IMG/VR virus record: IMGVR_UViG_3300048920_000015
Location: 1 to 64,000 of that record
Reading direction: 5' to 3' (one strand)
Length of the DNA stretch: 64,000 nt
Source of the DNA: a virus
Within the stretch, counting starts at the first letter, position 1. Each line of letters opens with the position of its first letter. The notes below the pieces were generated by a model. That model saw nothing but the letters and a program-made list of their open reading frames with translations. It was not told where the DNA came from and ran no database searches. Below, one piece after another: positions 1 to 6,595 of the stretch. Made by a program: the position numbers and the translations under genes.

Positions 1-21
1 AAACAAACGACCATGCAACAA

Positions 22-114
22 CTATTTTGCCAATGCTTGAAAAATTAGTGCAACGATCAGGGCGGCAAAAACCATGCCAAGAATTACATGAAGAACTTTA
101 TCAGTGGTTTTCAT
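22..114 (-). CDS. tiny single-pass membrane peptide, 30 aa (MKTTDKVLHVILGMVFAALIVALIFQALAK)
   Basis: Hand-translated, below ORF-track cutoff. ATG lies 2 nt after the upstream stop (TAAAAATG). Hydrophobic core. Confidence 0.3.
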   Translation of the reverse strand: MKTTDKVLHVILGMVFAALIVALIFQALAK

Positions 115-116
115 TT

Positions 117-287
117 TTATACGTCCTTTGGTTCATAGGGCCAGCCTTGAGCGTCCCACGCTTTGAAACGCTTTTCTATGTCCTTGGCATGACGATTGCT
201 ATACACTTTGCCGCTTGTAAACTCTTTACCAAGCCTGCTAATGTGTATCGTCTTCCTGGCTCTGTTCACTTGCACATGAATTGCCAC
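117..287 (-). CDS. hypothetical basic protein, 56 aa, GTG start overlapping the upstream TAG
   Basis: 3' part of track ORF 117..380. GTG at 287 forms a TAGTG overlap with the stop of 287..727. No clear SD. Confidence 0.3.
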   Translation of the reverse strand: MAIHVQVNRARKTIHISRLGKEFTSGKVYSNRHAKDIEKRFKAWDAQGWPYEPKDV

Positions 288-727
288 TATGACAACAACC
301 CATTGACAAAGCCCATAAGAGCAGTGTAAGCACCTGCTGACTGGCAAGCGGACAAGGTGCCAGCTGCCAAAGCAATACAAGCGGCCTTGACAACTTTGAT
401 GCTTGCAGGGCCAGCACTATAGGCTTCAGCGTATTGAGTTGCTTTTGTTTGTTGTTGGCCTTCGATCAAATCACGAGCTACAACACTAGCCAGGGCACTA
501 CGCACAGCTTTGGTAACGTTGCGAGACTCGGCACCGTAGACAATATAGCCTTCACGACCACCAACCCAATCGAGGCGCATGATGTTATGGCCCTTCGCAT
601 TGGTTATGTAGCAACGGCGGTTGTGGCCGTTCATCTTCTCGCCTTGACCTTTGTGGGCGTAGTACAGGGCTTGACGGATTTTGCGAATCATGGTTGGGTG
701 AATCAAGCTAGTGCGAGTGATGGACAT
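287..727 (-). CDS. hypothetical protein, 146 aa, hydrophobic Ala/Gly-rich C-terminus
   Basis: Track ORF. AAGGAA RBS upstream. Promoter at 755..783. Confidence 0.6.
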   Translation of the reverse strand: MSITRTSLIHPTMIRKIRQALYYAHKGQGEKMNGHNRRCYITNAKGHNIMRLDWVGGREGYIVYGAESRNVTKAVRSALASVVARDLIEGQQQTKATQYAEAYSAGPASIKVVKAACIALAAGTLSACQSAGAYTALMGFVNGLLS

Positions 728-754
728 TTGAGCTATTCCTTTTAGTGTGTAGGC

Positions 755-783
755 ATTTTATCAATGGGCGCCTGACATTGCAA
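755..783 (-). promoter_or_regulatory. sigma70-type promoter TTGCAA-17-TAAAAT
   Basis: -35 at 778..783 and -10 at 755..760 read on the minus strand, in the gap upstream of 287..727. Confidence 0.5.
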
Positions 784-801
784 GCCCCATTAATTAAAAA
801 T

Positions 802-987
802 CTACAGTTGATCTTTTGCCCATTCTGTGGCCCTACTCAAAGACAGAAACGTCCTGTCATAGCTTACGGGAGTATCTACACCATCATGCGAAATTACAAC
901 CTTATACCGCCCATCATCCAGCTTGTACACTGTGACAGTTCGGTCGTACTCATTGTAAAACGCTGCGTACTTTATAACGGCTTTCAT
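802..987 (-). CDS. hypothetical protein, 61 aa
   Basis: Track ORF. AAGGTGA RBS. Fits the minus-strand gene series. Confidence 0.55.
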   Translation of the reverse strand: MKAVIKYAAFYNEYDRTVTVYKLDDGRYKVVISHDGVDTPVSYDRTFLSLSRATEWAKDQL

Positions 988-1020
988 AATGTCACCTTAT
1001 TCGCCTTGTGAGTTTGCATT

Positions 1021-1686
1021 CTAAACTTGTTCTAACACACTTGCAAGCGGTTTTCGGTCAAGACATACAGCCTTTTCGAATTCGAATGTCAATTGTGTGC
1101 GACCAACAACGACAAACTCTTCAGGCACTTCATAGGTGCAAATCACAGCACCTTTGCTACTCATTGCGGTCAACCACCTGTCGTTATAAATCCAACGACG
1201 AAGCATGTTCAAGTCAAGGAAGCCGAAGCGGTGACCACTAGGCTCGCCGTAATAGCTGAAGATTGCTCGTTTATGGTTATAGCTTTCAAGGTTGCTCTTA
1301 TAGAGGGAATCCCCATCAATGGTTGGGTGACTATCATCACAAGGTAAGTTGCACTCAAACCACACATTGTTATACATGCCTTGACCGTCCCTTGTTTCAA
1401 CCCGGACAACTTTCAAGGTTTTAGGGCCGACACTCTCAAGCTTGATAGAGCCAATCATAACGGCACCATCTACGCTACCTTTCACCTTTTCAGCGTTTGC
1501 AAGGTCGATCAATTCAACCTGCATTTTCTGGCGATTAAAGATCATGTTTGCACCTTTATAGGTGAGATAACCTTTAGGGTTACCAACGATATGACCAAGA
1601 CAGTTTCGGATGAAGTAGCGTTCCATGGTGATAATCCTGTAGCGGTTTGTGTGAGCCCATTCTATCAGGTTGAATGGGCCTTGCAA
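1021..1686 (-). CDS. hypothetical protein, up to 221 aa (start TTG 1686 or ATG 1626)
   Basis: Track ORF with no recognisable motif. Start is ambiguous. Confidence 0.6.
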   Translation of the reverse strand: MQGPFNLIEWAHTNRYRIITMERYFIRNCLGHIVGNPKGYLTYKGANMIFNRQKMQVELIDLANAEKVKGSVDGAVMIGSIKLESVGPKTLKVVRVETRDGQGMYNNVWFECNLPCDDSHPTIDGDSLYKSNLESYNHKRAIFSYYGEPSGHRFGFLDLNMLRRWIYNDRWLTAMSSKGAVICTYEVPEEFVVVGRTQLTFEFEKAVCLDRKPLASVLEQV

Positions 1687-1694
1687 GCTCTATT

Positions 1695-2039
1695 TTACAC
1701 TTCAGTGTAAACAGACGATGGGTGATAGGTGGCGAGATATTGTTCAAGCGTGGTATATTTCCAGCTTGCACCACGTAGCGACCACGATGGGAATTCGTTG
1801 AACATGCCTTGATAGGTGCCTTCTGCCAACTGCCAGCCCGTGCCACACTGTGTAGGCTGATTTGTCTTGTAGTTGCCGGTAAACTTGAAACCGCCCAAAT
1901 CAAGTTGGAAACTCACAACCTTAGAACCTTCGGCGTCCGTGTAGAAGCCATAAGTGCCGCTCTTAGCGATGAACACACGAAAGCCAGAAGCTTTGATGTT
2001 CTTTGCCAGTTCGCTGGTAGCTTCGATTTTCCAAGACAT
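1695..2039 (-). CDS. hypothetical protein, 114 aa
   Basis: Track ORF trimmed to the ATG 7 nt after AAGGAA. Promoter at 2089..2116. Confidence 0.6.
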   Translation of the reverse strand: MSWKIEATSELAKNIKASGFRVFIAKSGTYGFYTDAEGSKVVSFQLDLGGFKFTGNYKTNQPTQCGTGWQLAEGTYQGMFNEFPSWSLRGASWKYTTLEQYLATYHPSSVYTEV

Positions 2040-2088
2040 TTGCAATTTCCTTTCAAGTTGTGAGGCTTGTTTGCCTCTTGTGTGGTCA

Positions 2089-2116
2089 ATTCTACAGTGT
2101 TGGTTTTGTCTGTCAA
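2089..2116 (-). promoter_or_regulatory. sigma70-type promoter TTGACA-16-TAGAAT
   Basis: tgtcaa at 2111..2116 and attcta at 2089..2094 on plus, which is consensus on minus. Confidence 0.65.
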
Positions 2117-2123
2117 CACCCTT

Positions 2124-2492
2124 TTAAAGATTTTTGTAAAATGTTTCATTCTTATAGCAAGCGGCGCCGCTCGAAGTTTGAAACATACTAGGGTACCAAT
2201 CAACTCCCCATAGTGTCAATTGGGCCTGTAACATCCTTGTGTAGTTGTTACCTTGGGCATGGGGCGCAGTTTGCTTATAATAGACTTCACCGTCTGGCTG
2301 TATAATAACACCACTCAACCCACTATCTGGCGCATTAGAGCCAAACAAAACTATACGGTAAAAGCCCTTGTGATCCTTGTACAGCTTGATTTGCTTGCCG
2401 TCTGGCGTGTCTTCAGACTTGACAAGTCTTTCTAAACCAGTGGTGGAACACTGATTAAGCGCGTTATAAATAGTGGAATTCATGCGAAACAA
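2124..2492 (-). CDS. hypothetical protein, 122 aa
   Basis: Track ORF in the minus series. Confidence 0.6.
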   Translation of the reverse strand: MFRMNSTIYNALNQCSTTGLERLVKSEDTPDGKQIKLYKDHKGFYRIVLFGSNAPDSGLSGVIIQPDGEVYYKQTAPHAQGNNYTRMLQAQLTLWGVDWYPSMFQTSSGAACYKNETFYKNL

Positions 2493-2503
2493 TCCGAAAG
2501 AGT

Positions 2504-2539
2504 GGCGCCATTCCTAGGGGTTGGCGCCTTTTTGTTGTT
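2504..2539. terminator. 7-bp GC hairpin (GGCGCCA/TGGCGCC); the T-run follows on the plus strand only
   Basis: Stem 2504..2510 / 2522..2528, then tttttgttgtt on plus. Lies between two minus-strand genes. Confidence 0.4.
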
Positions 2540-3230
2540 AGCCTTTGGCGATTAGCTCGACTGTCTTAGCCGCTGTACCGTGTGCACGAAACCCGATAAT
2601 GTAGTCTCGCTTCGAAAGCTGGCACAGACCACAAGTTAAGCAAGTCACCTTATCGCTGTTTTCGGCGGGACAAATCACCACCTTGTTACCAGCTGGCGTA
2701 TAGCTAACCTTTTCTGTATCACGTGGCATAAGCACGACAACGGGAGCAATGTCAAGCGCTTTTAGCCTATCAGCATGATTAATGTCATTGCCGCTAAGGT
2801 TGATTGTGAAACCATTGCGGTTGGCGTAGGCTACTGCATCTTTGTTTACTTGCGCTGTAATAGGATTTGACAGCATGTCGTAATGTGTGTAGGTGAATCC
2901 ACGTTTACCGGCGTTAGCGTGTACCAGTTGTTTCAGCATTGTCAAGTCAATTTGTTCACCCAACCCGTTCAAATCACCGGCTTGATTGTGACGCCACAGG
3001 CTGCCACGAGCAATGCGTTTTACGTCTTTGAGGAATTCGCCCCACTCTTTAGCATTCTTGCTAGAGCCCTCATCCAGTTTACGCCAGTGCATACCAGTTG
3101 GGCCATACTTGGCATAACAGCCTTTGAGCTTGATAGGGCAAGCGTCTGGGCATGTAGCACTGTTAGAAGTGCTAACAGGGATAGGACCAGTCTTAGAGTT
3201 GCTAGATACAGGATTAAGGACGTAAAACAT
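2538..3230 (-). CDS. conserved Cys-rich phage protein, 230 aa (resembles the mycobacteriophage GP88-type family; from memory)
   Basis: N-terminal SKTGPxxVSTSxxxTCPxxCPxxxxGCYA and C-terminal CLTCGLC motifs. Function unknown. Confidence 0.55.
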   Translation of the reverse strand: MFYVLNPVSSNSKTGPIPVSTSNSATCPDACPIKLKGCYAKYGPTGMHWRKLDEGSSKNAKEWGEFLKDVKRIARGSLWRHNQAGDLNGLGEQIDLTMLKQLVHANAGKRGFTYTHYDMLSNPITAQVNKDAVAYANRNGFTINLSGNDINHADRLKALDIAPVVVLMPRDTEKVSYTPAGNKVVICPAENSDKVTCLTCGLCQLSKRDYIIGFRAHGTAAKTVELIAKG

Positions 3231-3263
3231 TTTGCTATACCTTTTGTGCGTTTCAATAGGAGA

Positions 3264-3291
3264 ATTATAGACTTTCTGTACAGTGTGTCAA
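3264..3291 (-). promoter_or_regulatory. sigma70-type promoter TTGACA-16-TATAAT
   Basis: Perfect hexamers on the minus strand upstream of 2538..3230. Confidence 0.7.
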
Positions 3292-3677
3292 GGCTTAAAA
3301 CTGATGATTTTCCACACAATCAAAAAGACAAGAACACAAAACAACTTGATATGCCATCTTTTGTAGCGGCGTGGCTTGTACTGCATTTTACGCTTGACAT
3401 TGATAACTTTCGGTGGTTTACAATACCTTCCTGTGGCCTTGTCTAGCGCTTCCTTGGCCTTTGCTTCACGAACGTCTAGAGCTTCATGGCAGTCTAGATA
3501 AGTATCGTATTCCATTTGATCAAGCTCATAAGCTTTCTCAAGCTCCGCCCTCAAGTCATAGATTAAGTCAACCTCAGTTGCACCACGACCTAGAATTCGT
3601 CTATGAAGTGGGGCCACCTTGACAATGGGCTTCTTTGGTGGTGTGGGTTCCCTTGGCGCCCTTCTGATAGCAGCCAT
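3288..3677 (-). CDS. hypothetical protein, 129 aa, C-terminal TM helix
   Basis: Track ORF 3288..3755 trimmed to M27. That ATG abuts the stop of 3679..3795. Confidence 0.5.
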   Translation of the reverse strand: MAAIRRAPREPTPPKKPIVKVAPLHRRILGRGATEVDLIYDLRAELEKAYELDQMEYDTYLDCHEALDVREAKAKEALDKATGRYCKPPKVINVKRKMQYKPRRYKRWHIKLFCVLVFLIVWKIISFKP

Positions 3678-3678
3678 A

Positions 3679-3795
3679 TCAGAATTTAACACACCACTTG
3701 CCAGCCTCTTTATACAGCTTGCAAGGGATTTGAAACCAGTGGGCAAGCTCGGCACAGTTGAATGCGGCTTCTACAGTGGAATACTCTTGAGTCAT
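3679..3795 (-). CDS. hypothetical mini-protein, 38 aa
   Basis: Track ORF 3679..3864 trimmed, because the promoter at 3836..3864 occupies its 5' part. AGAGG RBS before M24. Confidence 0.35.
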   Translation of the reverse strand: MTQEYSTVEAAFNCAELAHWFQIPCKLYKEAGKWCVKF

Positions 3796-3835
3796 GATGC
3801 AGCCTCTTGAAGTGTGTTGTGTTTCGATATGGAGA

Positions 3836-3864
3836 ATTCTACAGTTACGAAAAAGCCCCGTCAA
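3836..3864 (-). promoter_or_regulatory. sigma70-type promoter TTGACG-17-TAGAAT, nested in the terminator at 3849..3886
   Basis: -35 sits in the terminator loop. -10 lies just past the T-run. Confidence 0.65.
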
Positions 3865-3886
3865 GCGTTTATTTGCTTGCGGGGCC
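3849..3886 (-). terminator. rho-independent terminator (GCCCCG/CGGGGC stem plus T5)
   Basis: Stem 3855..3860 / 3880..3885 with TTTTT on minus. Directly after the stop of 3892..4122. Confidence 0.55.
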
Positions 3887-3891
3887 TTCTT

Positions 3892-4122
3892 TTAGTCGTC
3901 GTATTGTGTCTGTAGACTTGTGATAAAGTTTTCTGTCATGAAAGCTTGCATGCAAAGGCTAAACGGATCATCCCTTGGATAGCGTACAGAAAAGCTAACT
4001 GCATAACCTTGCAGACCACCAATAGCACAGTAAAGGTTTTCCGCTTCATTATAGCTTACCCCAAGGGACTTGGCTACATAACTCATTGCTTCGCCTTCGC
4101 TGACAAATGATTTAACTTGCAT
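3892..4122 (-). CDS. hypothetical protein, 76 aa
   Basis: Track ORF trimmed to MQVK, 10 nt after GGAGG. Confidence 0.55.
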   Translation of the reverse strand: MQVKSFVSEGEAMSYVAKSLGVSYNEAENLYCAIGGLQGYAVSFSVRYPRDDPFSLCMQAFMTENFITSLQTQYDD

Positions 4123-4123
4123 G

Positions 4124-4264
4124 TTATGCAGCCTCCGACCAGTTGCCCCATGCAGCGGTCCCGCGACGGCCAGACCGACGGCCAATCTCGGCTTTGCGGG
4201 CTTGTTTCTTAGCCGCCTGGAACTGGTAGTCTTTGCCGAATTCTTGAGCTTTTACAGTACGCAT
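4124..4264 (-). CDS. small basic protein, 46 aa (MRTVKAQEFGKDYQFQAAKKQARKAEIGRRSGRRGTAAWGNWSEAA); paralogue of 8785..8931
   Basis: Hand-translated, below track cutoff. AGAAGGG RBS. Shares EFGK...RRSGRxG with a second ORF. Confidence 0.45.
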   Translation of the reverse strand: MRTVKAQEFGKDYQFQAAKKQARKAEIGRRSGRRGTAAWGNWSEAA

Positions 4265-4365
4265 TGTGTAACCCTTCTATCAAGGCTTGATTGCCTGCTA
4301 TACAGTCTCGACCGACTTTCGCCTATAAAGCCAAGACTGTATAACAAACGCTCTAGCTGTGAAGC

Positions 4366-4665
4366 TTATTTAAAGAACATCTTGCGACCGCCAATCGACA
4401 GCGAAACGATAGTTTCGGTGTTGACATTACGGAATTGCTCTTTACCGTCTTTGTCTTTTTCGTTCAATACGATAGTAACGTATTTTTCGAAGTGGCTGGC
4501 ATTGTTGTGGCCGTCATGACCCTCAACCTTGCGAACGTGACCATTCAAGGTACGTTGTTCGCCATTCTTTTTGACAAAGGTGACGCCAAAAAACTTGGCA
4601 CCGTTGTTGTGAATCATTTGAGCGATAGCCTTAGATACAGCGTCAGTGCGAACGATGGTAGCCAT
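4366..4665 (-). CDS. hypothetical protein, 99 aa
   Basis: Track ORF. AGAGGG RBS. Confidence 0.65.
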   Translation of the reverse strand: MATIVRTDAVSKAIAQMIHNNGAKFFGVTFVKKNGEQRTLNGHVRKVEGHDGHNNASHFEKYVTIVLNEKDKDGKEQFRNVNTETIVSLSIGGRKMFFK

Positions 4666-4697
4666 TTTGTAGCCCTCTTTACGTTTGGTGTGTGCCC

Positions 4698-4726
4698 ATT
4701 TTGGGCGGTTTTATTTAGATTGTCAA
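4698..4726 (-). promoter_or_regulatory. weak sigma70-type promoter TTGACA-17-CAAAAT
   Basis: Consensus -35 immediately after the stop of 4727..4873. Poor -10. Confidence 0.35.
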
Positions 4727-4873
4727 CTATAGATCACGAGAATTTTGCCAATTACTTGAGGCGTTTGCGCTCTCTTCATCAATGTCATACAATTCTATGG
4801 CGACATCATCGTCATAATCTGTATGAATAAACTCTTCGTCGTCATCCGGGGGATCAAGCATCCAGTCAGCCAA
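4727..4873 (-). CDS. small highly acidic protein, 48 aa, TTG start (MADWMLDPPDDDEEFIHTDYDDDVAIELYDIDEE...)
   Basis: Hand-translated. GGAGG lies 5 nt before the TTG. Promoter at 4900..4927. Confidence 0.4.
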   Translation of the reverse strand: MADWMLDPPDDDEEFIHTDYDDDVAIELYDIDEESANASSNWQNSRDL

Positions 4874-4899
4874 TTAAACCTCCTTTGCTTGTGTGGCCC

Positions 4900-4927
4900 A
4901 TTCTACAGGGAAGGGCCACCATGTCAA
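4900..4927 (-). promoter_or_regulatory. sigma70-type promoter TTGACA-16-TAGAAT
   Basis: Consensus hexamers on the minus strand. Confidence 0.65.
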
Positions 4928-4934
4928 GCGTTTA

Positions 4935-5636
4935 TTAGACGATACGTTTAACTTTGTGTTGATCGGCCAGACCATAGTCGAGCATGGCGATATCCGTTTG
5001 AACGTTGGTCAATTCCTTTTGAAGTTCGGCAATCTGGCGTTCGATGTCTGCTTTCTTCTTGGCTTGTGCCTCAAGCTCAGACAGGAACTCACTTACAGCA
5101 CGCGGCTTGCTGATTTCATCCTTGTCAACCTTGACAACGTGGTTAAGGTCAAGGTCTGCGTAATCATCTTTGTCAGTGAGCTTGTGGAAACTAGGCGACA
5201 TTGATTCATCATCGTAACGAAACACCCAAAAAGACGGCGTATCCCGGCGGGTATAGCGTACAACGTCACCAACTTTCAAACCATTACGGAAAGCGGGAGT
5301 CTTGCGGTTTACAAGGGTATCATCCCACTTAGTTTTAATCAACCCAATGAGTTGTTCCAACTGCACCAAACGATTAAGGCCATAAGCCCCACGCCATTTG
5401 TTGGAGTTGCGGCTAAACGCTGTCGAAGCGTCGCCACCTTCAGGGCATGGCACAGGGTAGGTGTAGTTCCCGCTGTACATGGCAGTTTGGCGAATAAGGT
5501 TTTCTTTAACCTCGCTCATCTGGCTTTCATAGCTACCCGCTGCCGACGCGAAACGGTCGCTGTTAGGGTCAAGCTTCAAACGGGTTACGTTCAAGATGAA
5601 ACCGGCTTCTTGTGCTGGGGTTTGCTTAGTAGTCAT
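4935..5636 (-). CDS. hypothetical protein, 233 aa, C-terminal coiled coil
   Basis: Track ORF. Promoter at 5686..5713. Confidence 0.65.
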   Translation of the reverse strand: MTTKQTPAQEAGFILNVTRLKLDPNSDRFASAAGSYESQMSEVKENLIRQTAMYSGNYTYPVPCPEGGDASTAFSRNSNKWRGAYGLNRLVQLEQLIGLIKTKWDDTLVNRKTPAFRNGLKVGDVVRYTRRDTPSFWVFRYDDESMSPSFHKLTDKDDYADLDLNHVVKVDKDEISKPRAVSEFLSELEAQAKKKADIERQIAELQKELTNVQTDIAMLDYGLADQHKVKRIV

Positions 5637-5685
5637 TATTGCCCATTACCTTAGCCCGCCTGGGGCATTTCGTTTGTGTGGGGTC

Positions 5686-5713
5686 ATCTTAGCAAATCCT
5701 GATAACCCGTCAA
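5686..5713 (-). promoter_or_regulatory. sigma70-type promoter TTGACG-16-TAAGAT
   Basis: Read on the minus strand upstream of 4935..5636. Confidence 0.55.
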
Positions 5714-5819
5714 CAACTATTTTCAATATTTTTTGAAATTCTTTTCAGAGCGCTTTCTATCCAGCCAGCGCGTGCGGCTAGGCGTGCGAATAACACTAGA
5801 AAATATTTCTGTCAAGGGG

Positions 5820-5847
5820 TTGCATTCGCTGTTCAAGTTGGTAGAAT
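5820..5847 (+). promoter_or_regulatory. orphan plus-strand sigma70-type promoter TTGCAT-16-TAGAAT
   Basis: Hexamers read on plus. No plus-strand ORF follows it. A minus-strand TTGACA at 5810..5815 sits back to back with it. Confidence 0.5.
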
Positions 5848-5975
5848 CATACACAGCAGGAACGACAGCCCAAGGGCCAGACACTGGAGTATAAGACGGG
5901 GAGGGTGGGCGTCATTCTGGTAATACGAATGCTTCTCGACTCCCGATATGAATGAGATTGATTGTCAACTGCATT

Positions 5976-5990
5976 TGAGAATGATTCTCA
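5976..5990. promoter_or_regulatory. perfect 7-1-7 palindrome TGAGAATgATTCTCA, Fur-box-like
   Basis: Differs from the Fur 7-1-7 unit TGATAATnATTATCA at one symmetric position per half-site. Confidence 0.35.
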
Positions 5991-6011
5991 ATCGTATTCA
6001 GTGGGGCAGTG

Positions 6012-6040
6012 ACGTGCTACACCAAAAACTTGTAGCACGT
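6012..6040. other. perfect 10-bp inverted repeat ACGTGCTACA(n9)TGTAGCACGT
   Basis: Read directly. No adjacent T-run on either strand. Confidence 0.6.
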
Positions 6041-6083
6041 CTGTAGCCCTAGATTTCTACCTGAAAGTCTCTATATACATCTC

Positions 6084-6149
6084 TATAAAAATCTGTCCGG
6101 GGATTTGGCCCCATAAAAATCTATCCGTTTCTCTGTAAAAAGCTGGCCG
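6084..6149. repeat. three direct copies of a 16-bp motif T(A/G)T(A/G)AAAA(T/G)CT(G/A)(T/G)CCG
   Basis: Copies at 6084..6099, 6112..6127 and 6134..6149. A fourth copy lies at 6421..6436. Confidence 0.7.
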
Positions 6150-6159
6150 TTTCTCCAGC
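6136..6159 (-). terminator. weak terminator-like hairpin (GCTGG/CCAGC plus T5) after 6163..6384
   Basis: Only a 5-bp stem. Overlaps the third 16-bp motif copy. Confidence 0.3.
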
Positions 6160-6162
6160 TTA

Positions 6163-6384
6163 TCACCAGTCGAAGATGCTGCCTACCACGTCCACGGCAG
6201 CACCGGCTGCATCCTCAATCAGAGAGCCAGTTGCGTAGCCTACAGCCACACCAACAGCAACGTCGAGCACAGTTTCAATGAAGTCTGTATCACGGCTAGA
6301 GCAAGAGTACGAGGTGCACTTGCCACTACGATAATCAGACACGAAGGTACGACCGCAAGAGTTGCAACGAAGTTTGTAAGCCAT
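6163..6384 (-). CDS. small protein, 73 aa: N-terminal zinc ribbon (CNSC...CTSYSC) plus Gly/Ala/Val-rich C-terminus
   Basis: Track ORF trimmed to MAYKLRCNSCG after AAGGAG. Confidence 0.55.
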   Translation of the reverse strand: MAYKLRCNSCGRTFVSDYRSGKCTSYSCSSRDTDFIETVLDVAVGVAVGYATGSLIEDAAGAAVDVVGSIFDW

Positions 6385-6413
6385 TATGTTTCTCCTTGTG
6401 AGTTGATGTGCGT

Positions 6414-6442
6414 ATCTTACTGTGAAAATCTGTCCGTGTCTA
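6414..6442 (-). promoter_or_regulatory. possible promoter TAGACA-17-TAAGAT whose spacer contains the 16-bp motif
   Basis: Weak -35. The fourth motif copy (6421..6436) fills the spacer. Confidence 0.35.
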
Positions 6443-6452
6443 CATGCCAACC

Positions 6453-6507
6453 AAACCTTTTCCAGAAAATCCGCCTAGCGAAACCTTTTGGCGAATACCC
6501 TGCCGCC
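6453..6507. repeat. two direct ~25-bp repeats, each starting AAACCTTTT
   Basis: Copies begin at 6453 and 6481. Confidence 0.6.
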
Positions 6508-6510
6508 GTA

Positions 6511-6576
6511 AAAGTAAGCTGGAAAGTAACCCGGAGCAAAAAGTAAGGACAAAAGTAAGCCCCACCTTAAAGTAAG
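6511..6576. repeat. five direct AAAGTAAG (one AAAGTAAC) octamers with alternating 12/17-bp spacing (29-bp super-unit)
   Basis: Starts at 6511, 6523, 6540, 6552 and 6569. Confidence 0.75.
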
Positions 6577-6595
6577 GCAGGGCTTGAGGGTGTTG

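Noticed and set aside
27-329. 100-aa plus-strand ORF at the window start.
   Set aside because: It overlaps minus-strand ORFs that continue the coupled gene series, and no promoter or RBS is seen. This region remains the least certain part of the annotation.
3385-3420. Plus-strand TTGACA ... TACAAT pair inside gene 3288..3677.
   Set aside because: The spacer is 19 bp and it is internal to a minus-strand gene with nothing to transcribe. It is probably a chance match.
6453-6576. Possible CRISPR array (short direct repeats with spacers).
   Set aside because: The repeats are only 8-9 bp with 4-9 bp spacers. There are no cas genes and no 24-48-bp repeat unit. It looks iteron- or operator-like instead.
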